64,000 bases of DNA. Origin: an uncultured Nitrososphaerota archaeon. GTDB taxonomy: Archaea > Thermoproteota > Nitrososphaeria > Nitrososphaerales > CADDZS01. The notes under the pieces are model-generated. The model worked only from the letters and a program-made list of their open reading frames with translations. It did not search any database and was not told where the DNA came from. The translations under genes were made by a program, and so were the position numbers. Location: NCBI GenBank assembly GCA_963799845.1, contig CAWCYI010000004.1, positions 1,472,001 to 1,536,000 on the forward strand, in the 5' to 3' direction. Position 1 is the first letter of the stretch, and each line of letters begins with the position of its first letter. This document shows, in pieces, positions 62,752 through 64,000 of this stretch.

Positions 62752-64000
62752 ATGACACGTTTGAAGGTAGAAGAAGAATTGAGAGATAAGCGAAAGTCGA
62801 AACCTGCAGCTTTCAATGAGAAAAGGGAGGAAGGAAAATTCGAGTCAGAGAACTGGAATGAGACTTACGATAAAGTAGACGCCGATATTTGTGGTCCCCA
62901 TCCAACAGTCCGCGAGATGCGTTTCGAATACGAGTCCGAGGCCTTGGAGCAGAGCATCAAAGAGAATGGGCAGCTCGAACCATGCAGAGCAGTAAGGAGT
63001 GAAGAGGATGGAGTGCATTTGCTAGTATACATCGGTCAGAGAAGACTGCAAGCTGTAAAGACACTCAAGACCAAATACGGAAAGTCATCTATGTTGAAGG
63101 TAATAATCGATGAAGACGATATCTCGGAAGAGGAGCTGATCAAAAGAGCCCTTGCGGAAAATATCGACGAAAATGGTCAAAGGTTGCCCCTCTCCGACCT
63201 AGAGAAAGTGGCCTACTGCAAGAATATGCTTGGAAAGTACGATGGGCAAAAGGTGGAAAAGATTCTCATAAACGCAGGCCTCGAGCGCAACACGGCTAGG
63301 AGAATCGTCTCTCTAGTGGATAAATTTGATAATCAAAAGATAGATCGCCTTCACAAGATAGAAGCCAAATCGAATTTCAGATTCAGGATCGCACATCTTG
63401 ACATTCTCCTTGATTCTGAGGACGAAGAGAACCTTTACGAGACAGCTTCTCTGGCGGCTTTCAGTCAAAAGCCCCCTGAGGAAATAAAAACGCTGAGACA
63501 GGCGGCCAATCATTTTTCAAAGGATATTCCATGGTTCAACGAGATTTTTCCAGAGTTCGGTCATGAGGATCGTCATGATGAGGAACTAGAAAGTAGTGGA
63601 GATCGGAAAGGAGAAGATCCTCGCGATAATTTTGATCTACAGGAAACCCCAGAAGCCAATAGAACAGGAAGCCCTGAAGGTACTCTAACCAACCATAGTA
63701 AGGAATCAGAATCGGGTTTCGGTGCTTTGCCGGAGCCTATCATTCTTATTTCATGTTGCTACTGCAAGTCGATTAATCCATTAAAGCTCAGAACGAGTTC
63801 GCCTGAATTCATTTTCTGCAACCTGAAAGAGGGAGGGATGATAGAACAGTGCTCGATCGGAGCAAACACAGTATTTGACTGCGAAAGGGAGTGCGCCGTC
63901 TGCGGAGAGGCATTCTGGGTAACTGCCAGCGTTTTGGAAGGGGGCAAGATCGTAGTCGAAACCTCGAGATCAAGAATCATCGAAGTACCGAAAAAGGAAG
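62752..64000 (+). CDS. ParB/Srx N-terminal domain protein with C-terminal CxxC pairs; runs off the window, absent from ORF track
   Basis: Manual translation, open to the end: LEQSIKENGQLEP...YIGQRRLQA...ALAEN...R.PLSDLE; CCYC...CAVC. Confidence 0.75.
   Translation, partial: MTRLKVEEELRDKRKSKPAAFNEKREEGKFESENWNETYDKVDADICGPHPTVREMRFEYESEALEQSIKENGQLEPCRAVRSEEDGVHLLVYIGQRRLQAVKTLKTKYGKSSMLKVIIDEDDISEEELIKRALAENIDENGQRLPLSDLEKVAYCKNMLGKYDGQKVEKILINAGLERNTARRIVSLVDKFDNQKIDRLHKIEAKSNFRFRIAHLDILLDSEDEENLYETASLAAFSQKPPEEIKTLRQAANHFSKDIPWFNEIFPEFGHEDRHDEELESSGDRKGEDPRDNFDLQETPEANRTGSPEGTLTNHSKESESGFGALPEPIILISCCYCKSINPLKLRTSSPEFIFCNLKEGGMIEQCSIGANTVFDCERECAVCGEAFWVTASVLEGGKIVVETSRSRIIEVPKKE

Overview
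Accessory region of an archaeal chromosome, most likely a heterotrophic, non-ammonia-oxidising Nitrososphaerota (Thaumarchaeota) lineage. This is inferred from the PAC2, TA0938, KaiC/DUF835 and V4R proteins, the class III signal peptides and the many TTG/GTG starts. Catabolic genes include pdhA, iolG/mmsA-like genes, two LLM oxidoreductases, a form II coxMSL-like molybdoenzyme, an amidase and a DadA/DapA pair. The window also holds three orphan family-5 solute-binding proteins, a VapBC pair, two apparently identical IS630 copies, a solo TnpB, a cryptic virus/plasmid-like block, a decayed RHS gene, a KaiC signalling module and, at the right edge, a divergent TFB-like plus ParB-like operon. Two patterns lie outside the ORF track. 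(1) A dispersed non-coding repeat family (about 10.3, 23.7 and 47.5 kb) is built on AGCTTGAAACGAGCT with AGCT sites phased at about 10 bp. (2) At least seven apparent frameshifts are repaired by deleting one base after AGCT (AGCTGA to AGCTA), which points to systematic long-read errors at a methylated AGCT motif rather than real pseudogenes. No rRNA, tRNA or CRISPR array was recognised. All assignments come from motif recognition by eye; no database searches were run.
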